64,000 nucleotides of DNA, taken from positions 93,250,001 to 93,314,000 of the forward strand of contig CM052816.1 in NCBI GenBank assembly GCA_028534125.1, read 5' to 3'. Source of the stretch: Lama glama. Its lineage: Eukaryota. The translations under genes were made by a program, and so were the position numbers. The notes beneath the pieces are model-generated. The model saw nothing but the letters and a program-made list of their open reading frames with translations. It was not told the DNA's origin and did not search any database. This document shows, one piece after another, positions 22,420 through 35,640 of this stretch (the stretch's first letter is position 1; each line of letters opens with the position of its first letter).

Positions 22420-24860
22420 TATTTGAACATATTTTCTCCTCTCCTTCTGGTTCTTCCGTTATGCGTGTTGGTGTGTTTGATGATGCCCACATTTCTCTGA
22501 GGCTCTGTTAATTTTTTTCTAATTCTTTTTCCTCCCTATTCTTTAGATTTTTACAATCTCTATTGATCTCTTTTCAAGTGTGCTAATTCTTTCTTCTGTC
22601 AAATCAAATCTACTTTGCACTCTGTTATGGCGTGAATTGTGTAAAGACCTAAACCTTCAGCACCACAGAAGATGACTTTTCTGGATAAAATTAATTAAGA
22701 TGGGGTCATGCTGGAGTAGGATGGATCCTTCATCCAGTAAGACTGGTGTCCTTATGAAAAGGGTACATTTGAACATAGAGATACACACTCCAGGAGAAAG
22801 CCATGTGTAGATGAAGGCAGAGACTGAGATGACATAGAAGTCAAGGAATATCAAAGGCTGCCAGAATCTAGGACAGAGGCCTGGAGCAGACCTTTCCCTC
22901 ATGACCCTCGGAAGCAACCCATCCTGTCAACACCTTGATCTCAGACATCTTGTCTCCAGAACTGTGAGACAACAAATTTCTGTTGTTTAAGTTGCACTTT
23001 GTTATGGAAGCCCTAATACACACTCCTTTAGTGATTAAAAATTTTTTTTTTTAGCGTTTTACTTTTCAATTCTAGAATTGTCATTTGATTCTTTTAAAAA
23101 TTTCTGTCTTTTCATTAATATTATCTACTGAATGAACTCTTTTAAGTCTTTAAACAGGGCTTTCTTTAGCTATTGGCACATACTTGCAATAACTGTTTTG
23201 AAATCTTTGCCTATTAAGTCCAATATCTGGACCCCCTCAAAGGCAATTTCTATTGCTTACTTTTTGCCACTGGGTATGAGTCAAATTTCCTGTTTCTTTG
23301 CATGTCTCAAATTTTTTTTTTTGTTGAAAATAGAACAACTTTAGATACTAAACTGCAGTCAGTCTGGACACTGATTTTACTCTTCCTCCATAGGGTTTGT
23401 TTTGGTTGTTTGCTGCATCACTTATTTATTTGTTTTGAGACTTGGATGAATTAGTTCTGTGAAGTCTACTTCCCCAGCAGTCTGTAGGCTCAGATGTCCC
23501 TACTTAGATTTCTTTTTCCCCTTGTTTTTGTCTTACAGCCTAGCGACCTAGGTGTGGCTCCTGGGTCATTGGTCTAAGCTGTGCTTTGGCATCTTAGCCA
23601 GTTAGACTTTAATCCCTTTTCGCTGGATGTATGTATGGCTTGGAGACTGCTTTTTAGGTATTTTATGATATTTTGTCCAACATTCTTTCAGGGACTGGTG
23701 GTTTGTCAGTACCCTCTGGACTCACCCCTGAGAGGGTGACATTTTGAAGATGTGTGTAGTCTTCCAGACCACGAGGCATGAGTATGATTTTATTTTGAAG
23801 CCTGGCTTCCTAGGACTAGCCCCTGGGCTAGCATAGCTTATATATTAAGTCAGTGTTTGGGCATATGTGGGACCTACTAAACATCTTGTGCCAATAAGGC
23901 TCTTGCCCCCTGCTGATGCTTCTTTGTGTGGCTTAGGCAAAGCATTTAATTTGATCCCACATCCTGCTCTGACTGCTCCTGAGTGGAGGCAATCTGTTGC
24001 TTGCACACAGTTTTTCCAGCCCAGAGTTCTCTAGACTGTCTCTTTTCTTGGCTTTCTTTGTTAAAATTCTGTTGCGCTTCCGTTTCATTTATTGCTGCCA
24101 ATATTATGAAACTATCTGCTTCTCATAATTGCTTACCACCAATATCTCCATTATTTTTGACACTGAGGTATTCAATTCTTCATGCTGTGTTCCAAATAAA
24201 GTCAGTTCCCTCAGGCAGAGCTGTACACCAATTTGTGCATAAGGCCTGCCTCTCTCTCTGGGCAGAACCCAAGTGACACTCCCTGCTCTGCAAGAGGGCT
24301 CTGGAGGTGGGCGGGGGGTGTTAATGGCCCCTGATATTATTGTCTTGCTTCTTCAAGCATAAAAACTCTGCTTTATAAGCAGGGTGGAGGGGATGGGGCC
24401 CCGAAGTTTTTGACCTACCACTCCTGGGATAGAGCTTTTGCCCCAAAATGGCTTTAAGATGAGGGTAGGAAGCCTCTGTCCCTCCTACCATGCCTTCTGG
24501 GAATAGAGTTTCTATAACATAGAACTGAGATGTTGAGAGACACTGGTAGCCTGGTCCTCCTGAAGTGAAAGCTCAGCCTTAGACTGGGAGCTGGAGGAGA
24601 AGAGACAAAGTCCTATCATCTTGGATGGAGCTCCCTGGTTTAAAGATTTCGTAACATACAGCTGGAGGTGAGGGTTGGAACAAATCATGTTTCAAATGCT
24701 ATGCTCTCACTATGCTTACTGAGATTTAGTAAATTTTCTTGAATATGTTTCTCTATTTGCTGTATGTAATTGGCTTATGACGATTTCTAGAGACTTTACA
24801 TAATTAAAAAAAACAATTTCACCAGTTAAACGGGTGTTGTGCTGAGTGCACACTAAGCCT
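22420..24860 (-). mobile_element. Ancient L1M ORF1/5' region interrupted by MLT1
   Basis: Antisense L1 ORF1-type sequence (tttctctgaggctctgtt...ttcttctgtcaaatcaaatctac; aatttcctgtttctttgcatgtct). Confidence 0.6.
22623..23020 (+). mobile_element. MaLR solo LTR (MLT1B/MLT1C-like)
   Basis: TGttatgg...gactggtgtccttat...caccttgatctcagac...ctccagaactgtgagacaacaaatttctgttgtttaag...aataCA; perfect 5-bp TSD CACTC. Confidence 0.9.
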
Positions 24861-27800
24861 GTCAGCCAATTTAGTTTTTACTGGTTGCCTCTTTCCCTCA
24901 GTCTTGAGCTTCCCATCATGCAGTTGCCCATCCTCCCTCTTGCCTGACCTCCTCTCTTTTCCTTCTTTGCTTTTTATCCCATCCCAATTACTCTTGCATT
25001 TTTTAAATTTAGGTTTCCCCCTCCCCAAACTTCTATGCCTCCTCTCCAGACAAAAGCATCCCATTAAGGTGTTTACTGAGTCTAGTTAGCTCCTTTCTCC
25101 CAAGACAGATTCTTCCACCCAGGTCTCAAATTAACAAAAATTTAACCCGTGATGTATGATCTGGTATCACTTATTTACTCAAACCCTGAGTGGTTGTGAA
25201 AGAGCCAGGCGGTTTACTGTGTGCTGGAGCCAAGAAAGGAAGAGAGATACTGACCCTGAGTGGCTCGCTCTCTCTGAGACAGACATGGAAATACGCCACA
25301 GCAGCTGTGTGAGGAGGATAAAGTAGGGGGTTCATGCGGGGGCTACGGGAAGCACTTGCTCTCTGGATGGCAGCATAAGGTTTCATAAGAGAGAGACTGA
25401 AAGGGCATTCCATGCGGAGGAACTGCAGGGATGAAGAGAAGTACGAAAAGCGAGGTTTAAGCAACTACAAACAGTTCAGTGAGAACAGGAGGAAGAAGTA
25501 TAGGGATGCTGGGATGGGAGACAAGAAAGGTGGACAGAGACCTGCATCCCTGTTAGCTAGGTGTCTCACACTCTTACCTCCTTAATCTGATGTGGTTTAA
25601 CCAGAACTGACTCATATCGCTTGAGGCTTTTTCAGTTCAGTTATTATGTGTGATTCTGTTGGATGTAGTGAAAGCTTTTCATAAGTAATCGCTTACCTGT
25701 TGTCTGGAATCTTGGTTATGTTCCTCAGTTGGCAACTAGTATTTCACATCATAAAGATGATAGCCAGACGCCCCCATCCAAGGACTTGCCAAGAGGTTGC
25801 CAGTGATCCGTTGTAACTCCCCCTACTCTTCATCCGACCTATATAAGGCGATGGCTGGACTCTCAAGGGGAGTTCATGGGAGAAGTCCCAAAGAGAAGGA
25901 GGCGGTCAGCCTAGAGATGGTGTTGAGGATCTGCTTCCGATCCCAGGCCAGTGAAGAGCACCAAGAGAGCCACTGGAAAGATTGAGCGTACCTCCCAGAA
26001 AGAGACCCTGGCACCTTATTTTATTTAACACTTATATAACACGTATTAAATGCAAGGCACTATAGTAAACACTTTATGTCTGCTATGTATACACACACAC
26101 ACATGTGTCTCATCTAGTCATTAAACAACCATGTGATATTGGTAATTTAGCTTTTCCATTTTATATACAGGGCACTGAGACTTGCTCAAGGCCACGTGGC
26201 TGGTACATGAAACATTCAGATTTAAATATTGCAAGTCTGACTGGCATACTTCCTCTCATGATGGTGACAGGGCTCAAGCTACCTTGAAAGAACTCACCCA
26301 AGACAGAAGCTTGCTGAAGTGAGGGAACCCTTGGCTGTGAGGAAGGAGAGCTGAGTATGGCCATCACAGAGGCCTGGAAGGGTGGACGTTGCCTAGTGAA
26401 TAAGAGGGCAGAGAAGAGTGAAAGAGTGAACCACACCCCTCTTCCCATTGGAAGTGCGTGGACAGTGGGTCAGGCCTGCATGAAGGAAGAAGAGAAGTTT
26501 TGAATCAAATGTAATATTAGACCATAATTCTAATGACTGAAAGTGCATCTCAATTATCATTGGGCTTCGAGAAAGGAACACTTAACATCCTTCTTCCTTG
26601 CCTCGTCTTTGTTTAAAGCAACTGATTGATTTAGAAGTTGGACAGGGGGAAATTTAAATACAGCATTGTTTCAGCTACAGGTAACTCTGGCTGGAGAATA
26701 AGGCTTCTATTGTGTTGCACACAGCTCTGCTAAAATCTTACCTTAAATTAACTTGCTTGCCCTGTCACAGCAGTGTTGGACAACTGCTGTTCAAGAAGTA
26801 ATGAGAGAGGCAGAAAAGGGGGATCAGAGCTTCTTTCAATGAACGTTCTCTCCCTCAGACATGTGAGGAGTGGAAAATAAATGCTTTTAATAATTACCTG
26901 TATGAAGTTGTTCTCAAAACTGAAAATGACCAGAAAAAGATGGAATCTTCTACAAACACTGACGAAAAGCAGGGACAGGAATGTGGACAGGGCATGGCTG
27001 AAGGCAGTGGTTGGTTGTTCCAAAATAAAGCCATTCCCCGAAACCCAGGAATTCAGCCCATTTCACATTTCATTGACGTTTGCACACCAGATCATTTGTA
27101 CTCATCTTCCACATGAGGGGAAGACACACAGCCCTAAAGCTACAGCTCCTTTTTATTTATTTATTTCATTCATTATTTATTTATGCTATTTATGCTTTCC
27201 CCCATCCCAGTCCTCCCACTGATCACAATGTTATTCAAGTTAATTTTCATAAATAAATTATTCCAACAATGGATTAAGTATAAATTAGTTGACATAATTG
27301 TGCATCAATTTTGGTAAATATAAAATGTGACGTTAAGTATTTTTTGCTAACATGGCTCTTGGTTTCTTTGATCATTAAAATTTTCTGCATAACAACAAAT
27401 CACAGCCTCCTCATTATCCTTAAGTTTCCTTTAAACCCTATGAATTTCAACAGAGCATAATGAAGGGATATGGAAAGAGGTCTTAGCTAGACTCCTGCAC
27501 AGGGTATAACAAAACAGAAAGCACACACGCCCACAGCTTGCTTTCTTAGGGGAAAGTCTTTTTCACTTCCATCAGCAGGCCATTTTTTCTGCCTTAATTT
27601 TGAAGAACTTCCCAACACAGCAAGGTTGAATATAGTCATTTAAAGAAATTCATATGTTGAAAATTGGTAACTCCCTTTCACTCCATAATTCTAAGTAAAC
27701 TGTGGGCACGCATATCATCCTAAGGCTAAAACAACTTATTTCAAAGATACGTTGCAAAGGGAGGATTCTTGATACTTGTCTTCTTTTCCTCTTTTCCCTT

Positions 27801-28200
27801 CATCTTTCATTTCCGTTCTTATATTTTCTGCTGTCCTCCTTCCCTTCTTCAACTCGTCTCCCCTCCCTGTCCTTCTTGACTGCTTCAGCAATTTCACACT
27901 TACTGGATCTTTAGTTCCCAAGACCTTGGAAAGAGAGTCCTTTTCTGGAGAATCCTAGTAGAATCTTTAAAAGGCTTTGGCTGGCCCAGCTCAGGTCACA
28001 TCTCAGTGAAGGACGTGACTCTGATCGGCCAGGACTTGGTTTTGATCTGAAATTGGAGAGTAGAGATGATGAGTCAAAAGGACTAAGTAACAGGAAGGGA
28101 TGTTTCCTGAAAGCATCAGATGTCTTCTCTTACTAAATAAAAGGAGGCAATGGATGCTGGCAAGACAGAACAATAGAGAACCTCTACAGTTACGTGCGTA

Positions 28201-28203
28201 TTT

Positions 28204-28246
<43 letters not shown>
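28201..28246. repeat. (TG)n microsatellite
   Basis: Direct observation. Confidence 0.95.
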
Positions 28247-28248
<2 letters not shown>

Positions 28249-28750
28249 CACTTAGGTAATGTGCTATGATAACCCTTTCCCAACACAAAAGTATAACATT
28301 TTTAATATTTTTTACAATCATATCTACTGCAATAAAAGTTTGGTTTTGGTGTGAGGTGGAGCTATTTTTTGTTTATTGAATAATTCATCCTTCCTCAACT
28401 GATTTTAATGAGCATGTTTTTTAAAATCTAAACTGCCACATATATGTGCAGGGCAATTAGAGGACTGATCGCTCCACTATTTGCGACAAAGCACTTCCTG
28501 TCGTGGAAGCCCTGCAGTGTCTCTCGGTAGCCTCCTGGATTGGCTCTCACAGCCCTGCAGGAATCTGTGCATCTCAGTGGCCAAGAGCTCAACTTGAGAT
28601 CTCCCCTCTCTGCAGAGCAGTGTCGTGGCAGAGTTTGGATAATCAGGGACATTTTGATTTTTATACATTTCATTTTTTTATCCAAAGTGTATTAAAAAAA
28701 CGAAAGTACACATTCACACTCTTCAAATCAACTTAAGACATAGGTATAAG

Positions 28751-29324
28751 TGAAGGAGGATTAAAAAAATGGCTGCACTTAGGCTAACGGATCGCTCATT
28801 CTTATGCTTGCCCTTAAAACGGTCAACTGACCTGACTGACTGGTTGCTACTCACAGTTCCAGGCCCACTGTTAAAACTAAAGCTATCAATCTTACTGTTT
28901 CTAAGTTATTCCAGTCATTGAAAATAATAATCATGCTTGGTCTCTGAGTCCTTCTCCAAGGAGAAGGTCACAGGACTATAACCTTACAAAATAGCCTGAA
29001 TTACCAAGAAGGCCACACCTTGAGTGCTTACGAGGTAAAGAAATCTAACTGCTAACTGGTCGCCTGGAGGCATCATGATGCCGTTCTGTCTTCTGATGAG
29101 AAAATGATTCTGTTGATTGTTATCGACGCTTTATTGTTTGAGCCATGGCTGTATAACCATCCCACCCCATCCCCAAGGTGGGCTCACAGTTTTCAAGGCA
29201 CTAGCCTGCTGTGAGTCCCCTTTGCCCAGCAAAGCAATAAAATTGCCTCTTCTCTTCTAAGCTCCAAGACTTTGTCTCTGGGTTATTTGGCTCATCAGGG
29301 ACGGGGGCTGATCTTTCGGCAACA
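28751..29324 (+). mobile_element. ERV1-class solo LTR (574 bp), probably lineage-specific
   Basis: TG...CA ends; 4-bp TSD TAAG on both sides; AATAAA at 29236; U5-like end tttcggcaaca. Confidence 0.8.
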
Positions 29325-30384
29325 TAAGCTTTGGGTGAACTCCAGCAAACAATATCAGTTGGGAGCAAAGCTACTTCCTTTAGATATGTTAAGACATAAG
29401 AAATCAAGCTGATTCAAAACAAGAACATAGGTGGCTGCTCAGTGATGGAAACGTGGTAGATGTGAAGGCAGCACACTCCTACTCATTATCTACTTCCCCT
29501 TGGGCTAGTTGCCTCACTTCTAAGCATTGCTCTCCTCATCTATAATAGTAAGGATAATACTGTGGCTTACAAGGTTACTTTGAAGATTAAAGAAGAATCG
29601 TTGAATATCTATTATCAATTTGGCAGTATGCTAACTTTGCTGAGTCAGTGCTTAATTGGTTATAATTCATCTTTAAGGTTACAAAATTACCGTCACATAT
29701 TGCCATAGCCAAACTCTCTCCATCTAGGAGACAACTTAGTGCTGCTTATTCATGTCAATAAAACATTCCTTACATCTGTTCTGGTACTGTCTATGGTGCT
29801 ATTCAAATCCAGGTTCATGAATTCCAAGAATTAAAGAAGGACAAACAATTTGAAAAAACTGCAGCTGCTTGGCTCCTAGGAGACACCTCTAAAATGTACG
29901 TTATTTAAAAAATATAATCAAGACAGTTGAAAGAGGTGTTGAAAAATGTGTCAGCCATAAATATTTTGGTTGTACACTTTACAGAAGAACTAATTTTAAA
30001 ACTTAAAATAGTTGTGTGCTATGTAGGGCCCATGCAAATGGATTTATTTCATTATTTTGCCTGCTCTGTGGCTGTTTGGAGCAAGCTCTCCTCTGCCACA
30101 TCTATTGTCCCTCCCTGAAGTGCGTTCACAGCCCCGCTTGAGTGACGGGCTCTTCCCACAGTTGAGGGTGGCAACTGGTCAGAGGTGGCTTCACTCTAGG
30201 TTCTTTCCCTGGAGCAGTTCCATTTGTGGAAGGGACCAACAGCACTCAAGTGTTGTTTCATGTTTTATATTAAGTTAAACAGACACACATTAACATTTTC
30301 AAGGCAAAATTATATCTGGGCCACTTTTATATTTTAAAATGTCAACTGGATATGAACCTGAGATTAGAATTCTTGGGTCTCTTT

Positions 30385-30921
30385 TGTGGAGGACAGATTC
30401 TAGGGTGGTTCCCAGGATCCCCAGCACATGGTGCTCTCTTGAGTGCGGGCAGGATCTGTGACAATTCTAACCAACAGAATGCAGCAAAGGTGATGGGTGT
30501 TTATGATTACATGTACTGCATTATTCTGTGGTGATGTTACGTAAAATCGTAGCACAATCTTTTGAAGGGTTTTGCTCTCCCTTGTTGGTTTTGAAGATGT
30601 GCGCAGCCATGTTTGGAAAGCCCACACACAGAAGAGGATGAAGCCTTGGTCCTGCAGCTATAAGGAAATGGACTCTACCAACAACATGAGAGATGTTGAA
30701 AGTAGATCCTCCCCCAGCTGAGCCTCTGATGGGGTCACAGCCCCATCCAATATCTTGCTTTCAGCCTTTTCAGACCCTGAGGCAGAGGACCTGGCTAAGC
30801 CGTGTTTGAATGCCTGACCCACAGAAACTATAAATTATTCACAGAAACTATGCATAATAAATCAGCATTTTTAAGCTGCTATATTTGTGATTATTGATTA
30901 TGTGTCAACGGGTAACTAACA
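30385..30921 (+). mobile_element. MaLR LTR (MLT1E/F-like)
   Basis: cttgagtgcgggcaggatctgtgac...tctaaccaacagaat...tgacccacagaaac...ttttaagctgct...aactaaCA. Confidence 0.8.
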
Positions 30922-31639
30922 TTTTCTAAGTTTTTCACCAGATCATATTCTCCATTAGAGCATCTGATAAGCCAATGAGTTGAAGTAAGGAATGATTGTG
31001 ATCCGTAACTAATGCAAATAGTTGATATCAAGGGATAAATAATAAAGCAACATTTAAGGGCCAATGATGCAGTAGAATCATTGTATAAATCAATGTATAA
31101 AGCATTGGTCTGGGATTCAGGTTCTGGGTTCCAGGCAGCATTTCTTGTTGTCTCAGTTCTTGGCCCTTGCCCTCACTATCTATACAATTTAAAAATCAAA
31201 TGTTTAAACTGAATCAATTTAAGTCCCATTGTAGCTATAAATTTATTAAGAGTTTTAAAATTGTAGCTCCAAGAGGTATAGATTTATTATCTCTAGTTAA
31301 CCACTAAATAAACTTCATGTTTATTTTGGAATTCCAGATACTCATAAATGGTTGCTTGGGATCAAAAGGGCCTTATTTAAAGACCGAAGAGAGCACATTA
31401 ACTTCTCAGTGGAAAACAGCTGATTAATTTACATAATATTTTTTTCCCCCATCTCATCTGTTTTGTTAAACTGGGAGATCTACTAGCAGGAATATGACAA
31501 TTTAGACAGTAATGTTAAGTATAAATAGATTTTCTCAATTCATTACTATTTTAAAGGAAAGTGATATCTTTTCTTTCCGAGCTTAAACTTTGAAATGTTT
31601 GGTCTTTATACATCCCCTTCCCACAAAAAAAGACAGAAC

Positions 31640-31645
31640 AAAGGA

Positions 31646-31681
<36 letters not shown>

Positions 31682-31690
31682 GGAAGAATA
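31640..31690. repeat. (GAAA)n microsatellite; a second GA-rich tract lies at 31985-32060
   Basis: Direct observation. Confidence 0.9.
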
Positions 31691-34600
31691 AAAAAGAAAA
31701 TTAATTTGAACCACACAAGGAATTAAAAATTAATCTAATTAGTTAATCTCATCCATTTTATTATTTAAGAAAATTTCATGCATCCAAATTAGAATAGGAA
31801 ATCCTCATTTTTTCACTTGTGTTGTATGTTTGTGTAGAAGATCCTATCCAGTAGGTGTCAGCAAAGCAATCTTAAAAATAATCACAGAGGGCTTCTCATA
31901 TTAGCTTTATAATGACTTCTATGTAAATTATAAGAACTTTTCTTTCTATAGAGCAAGATATTATTTCAGTGTATCTACAATTTAAAAAGAAAGAAAGAAG
32001 GAAGGAAGGAGAGAGAGAGAGGAAAAGAAGAAAGAAGGAAAGAAAGAAGAGAAAAGAAACTCCCTGATTTAAAAAAAAAACAGCTGCTTTCTACTGATTT
32101 TTCCCACGTAATAAAAAGTCCATTCTGAAATATCACATGGGTAGCAAATTCTGCTGCATAGTTTTATGCTTCACAATAAAAAGGGCATTTGTGGATCTGG
32201 ATAGTTCTAAAAGAAGGCATTATGATGCCATCAAAAGATTTTAATATATATGTGGTCATGTGTATGTCTATCTGTCATGGTCTAAGGGGCCCAGATGGTT
32301 AACTTTCAGCTGGAAATTTTTGAAATGAACAGCACAGCTCCATATCAACATCATTTTGAAATAAATGAGAGTACAGGAAGCAAATAGATCGAATATGTAG
32401 AAAGCTACCCTAAGGTGAAATGCATGCCTTTCTTCCCCTCCCCTCGAAGGCACCCTGGTGAGGGGTTGGGAAAAGGTTCAGTCCGCACAGCCAGAGGGGT
32501 TTCCTGTGGAAAGGGGTGGGGGTAGATCTTAGCAGAGGAGAGGGGAGCTGGCTTCTCAGGGAAGATGTGTAGACTCAGGGCAACCACATTCCAGAGGAAG
32601 GCTTGGGGAGAAGCCAGGGGAACCATCGGCTAGAAAAGGAGAGCTGTGCCCTAGGGGATGTGGACCATAATTCAGGGAAGACGAAGAGAGGAGAAGCAGA
32701 GGAGGAGTGGGGAAGCTCATTTCTCTGTTTTTAGAGAATGTTTTTTGAAGTCTAATACTTCAGGAAAGTGCACATTTCCTAAGCGTGGAACTCAATAAAT
32801 AAATATGTGCCTATGTATTAATATGCAGTATATAAATATGTAGCAATAAAGATAACATTTGTCCTGCTGGCAGCTAGACTCTGAAAGGAAAATAGAATTG
32901 AAACAGAAAAATCAACTAGGGGTTTCACTATAACTTGCAAAAATAGATAAACCAAACCAAAGGAAACTAAACCATGAAATCCGTCACGGGCTGAATTCAA
33001 ACTCCTTTAACTCCGGCCTATTCAAATGTGTGTTTTAAGATAAGACCATAGATAAATAGATCCGATAGTAACTCCAGAAAGACTCCTGTGTTATAAAGAT
33101 AAGATGCCTGACTGTTCTGGGAACCCCCTACATTTTAGGCATTTGGCCAGGGTTTGGTGGTATCTCCTTGTGGATTTACTTTTCATTTCCCTGATGATCA
33201 ATGATGTTGAGCATCATTGCATATATTTATTACCTATTGGATACCATTTATTCCCCCCATGAAGTGCCTCTTTAGTCTCTTGCTCATCTTCCTATGAGAT
33301 GTCTGTCTTTTTCTAGTAGGTTTGTTAAGAGGAATTTGAGATCTAATTTTTATGTTGGATATGGATTTGAATCTTAGCTTTGTTACTTGCTAACTGTGTG
33401 CTATTAAGCTGGGCTGGGACCATCAGTCTACTGGAGAGGCCCTTAAGAGAATAAATGTTTTAAACCGTCTGATGTACAATTTCAATGCTAATAAAAAAAA
33501 TCATCCTTAGTTATTAAAAAAGCAAGTTCCTAAAAATATCTATTTGGTAGGACTCTGTTAGATTTTTCTTTATGAAATCCTGAAAATCTTTGGATGCTAA
33601 GAGGCACAGCCCTTGGTTCTGAATACTGGTTTCCTGACAGCCCTTGGAGGGTTCTGTTGCTCTGGGGTTGCTTCCGTTTCTGTGTCTCTCCCCCAGGCCT
33701 ATTTTCCTCCTAGCTTCTGCACGTCAAGAAACTGAGGTTAAGCGATGTTGAACACATGTCTGAGGTCCACTATTTCTAATAAGTGGTAGAATACAGGACT
33801 CAGACTGGGTCCAAAGGCAGCAAAATGGACATGCACTAAACCACACTGCCTCTTGGTAGAGTCTCAGGGTTTGAGTTAGAAAAGGGCGTTGCTGAGCTTC
33901 TGCTAAGTTTGGGAAACATTTAGACCTTGAAATAACGGCTGTGGCTTCTGGTCTTTAGGTCAAGTCCTCTTTCCTAAAACCTACATTATAGAAATACTAG
34001 CAGTCACCTGCTATGTCTAACTGCGTGTTTACTGAGCATCTTCTATAGGTATGACTGGTACAACAATGAGTGAGATGGAGACAGTTCCTGTCTGCATGTA
34101 GCTCATGACAGACAACTACTACAGAGGAGGCCTACGAGGCCCGTAGAGAGGTGATATGATAGACATATAACTGAGTTTTTTGGGGCATGAATAAAAAGCC
34201 TCCAGATCTATTGACCTCCAGATCTTATCCCTTCTGTCTCATCAGAGGCTTTATTCAATCTACAATTCCAAAAGAAATGTTTTCTTTATCTACTATTCCC
34301 TTCTCATCCGTATTTAAGTATCTAAGGCTTTCATAAAGAAAAAGATACTAGGAGAAACCTCTTTCCATGATCTTGCAACCTCCTACAGCTTCTTGCTACA
34401 TCGCTCCTCCCAGCGACCTCTGGAGAGCACATCCTTGTCCTGCACCCTGGTCTTCGCTCAGTCTTCAGCTCACTCCACCTACAATAGCTACTGGTTTATA
34501 AAAACAATGGTGGTGGTACTGCACTTAAAAGATGCCTCCTAGGCGGAACCTTTTTCTTCTCTTAGCATCACGCAACACACCTGAGCGAGCATGCCTTTAT

Positions 34601-34699
34601 CCCTTTGCTGATATTCCTTCTCCAGTTATTTTCGTGACTTCTCAGTCTCTCTGAGAGTTCTTTGTCTTCTGGTTCTCCTTGAGGGTATCTCCCTAGAAA

Positions 34700-35640
34700 T
34701 TCTTCTCCCTTGATACACACTCTCTAGACATCATCTCACTCCATGATAACAGCACCCAAATGTGTCTCCAGCATCTCCGACTGCCCGTTGGTCATCTCCA
34801 GGTAGATGCCCAGCACCACATATCCCAAATTAAATGTGCTATCTTCAGCCCTTGTTCTCCATCTCTGCTCTCCAGAATCAACGAGTGGCACCCACATCTA
34901 GGAAGTTGTGAGTCATCCTTTAATCCTTCTTCCTCTTTCTCTGTATCTCCCACATTAAACCAGTCATACATTTTGCCTCCTGAACTTCTCACATCTTTCC
35001 ATTCACTATCCACCATCATTTCTCTTCTTTTCTTTTCATTTAACAGATACAGTCTCCTATATGATCCTCTGGGTACAAATATTGCCGCCAACCAAACTAA
35101 TTTCCTCATGGCATTATTGGAGTTATTCCAAAGAGCAGTTGACCATGTCCCTGCTTGGTTTAGAACGCTTCCGCAGCTCCCAGGAATCCGCAGGAGAAAC
35201 TGCAAGTCCTTCACCCTGATTTCTGAAATCATTCATGATCTACCTCTGGCTCAACCCTCCCTCTCGCCCTTCATCATTTTGCTCCTTTACACTCTGTACT
35301 ATAGTCCCACTAAGCTTACTTCTGGTTCTCAAGCCCTGTTCACTTTCTCTTGCCCTCAGGCTTTTCTCTTTTATAAGACTCATCTCTTCCTACCACCGGC
35401 CGTCGCCTTGCTATCTCCTATTTACTCCTCAGCTTAGCTTCCACTTCCTCTGGAAGGATTCTTTGTCTTCTTCCCCAGTCAGCTTGGGTTAAGGGACTCA
35501 TCCATGTGTTTCCCCAGCTCTTAAATGGCCTTGCTCAGAGCTGTGAATTGAAATTGTGTGATTATCTGTGAGCACAGGTATGAGACTACTGTGCCACTCT
35601 CATCACTATCCCCTTAGCATCTAGCACAGTGTAGAAAGGA
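34700..35640 (+). mobile_element. L2 LINE 3' region (degenerate)
   Basis: L2-type motifs (cccaaatgtgtctccagc...catctccaggtagatgccc...; catctagcacagtg). ORFs 34760-35437 and 34792-35232 fall within it. Confidence 0.6.

Noticed and set aside
22656..22676. REST/NRSE-like TTCAGCACCAC motif
   Set aside because: Only the left half matches, the GGACAG half is missing, and it lies in an MLT1 LTR.
22340..34230. Small direct duplications (cccacctactttcttg near 22340, cacagaaactat near 30820, cctccagatct near 34200)
   Set aside because: Ordinary two-copy slippage duplications with no array or spacer structure.
34760..35437. 225-aa ORF and antisense 146-aa ORF
   Set aside because: Located in degenerate pyrimidine-rich L2 sequence with S/L/P/F-biased composition and no domain.
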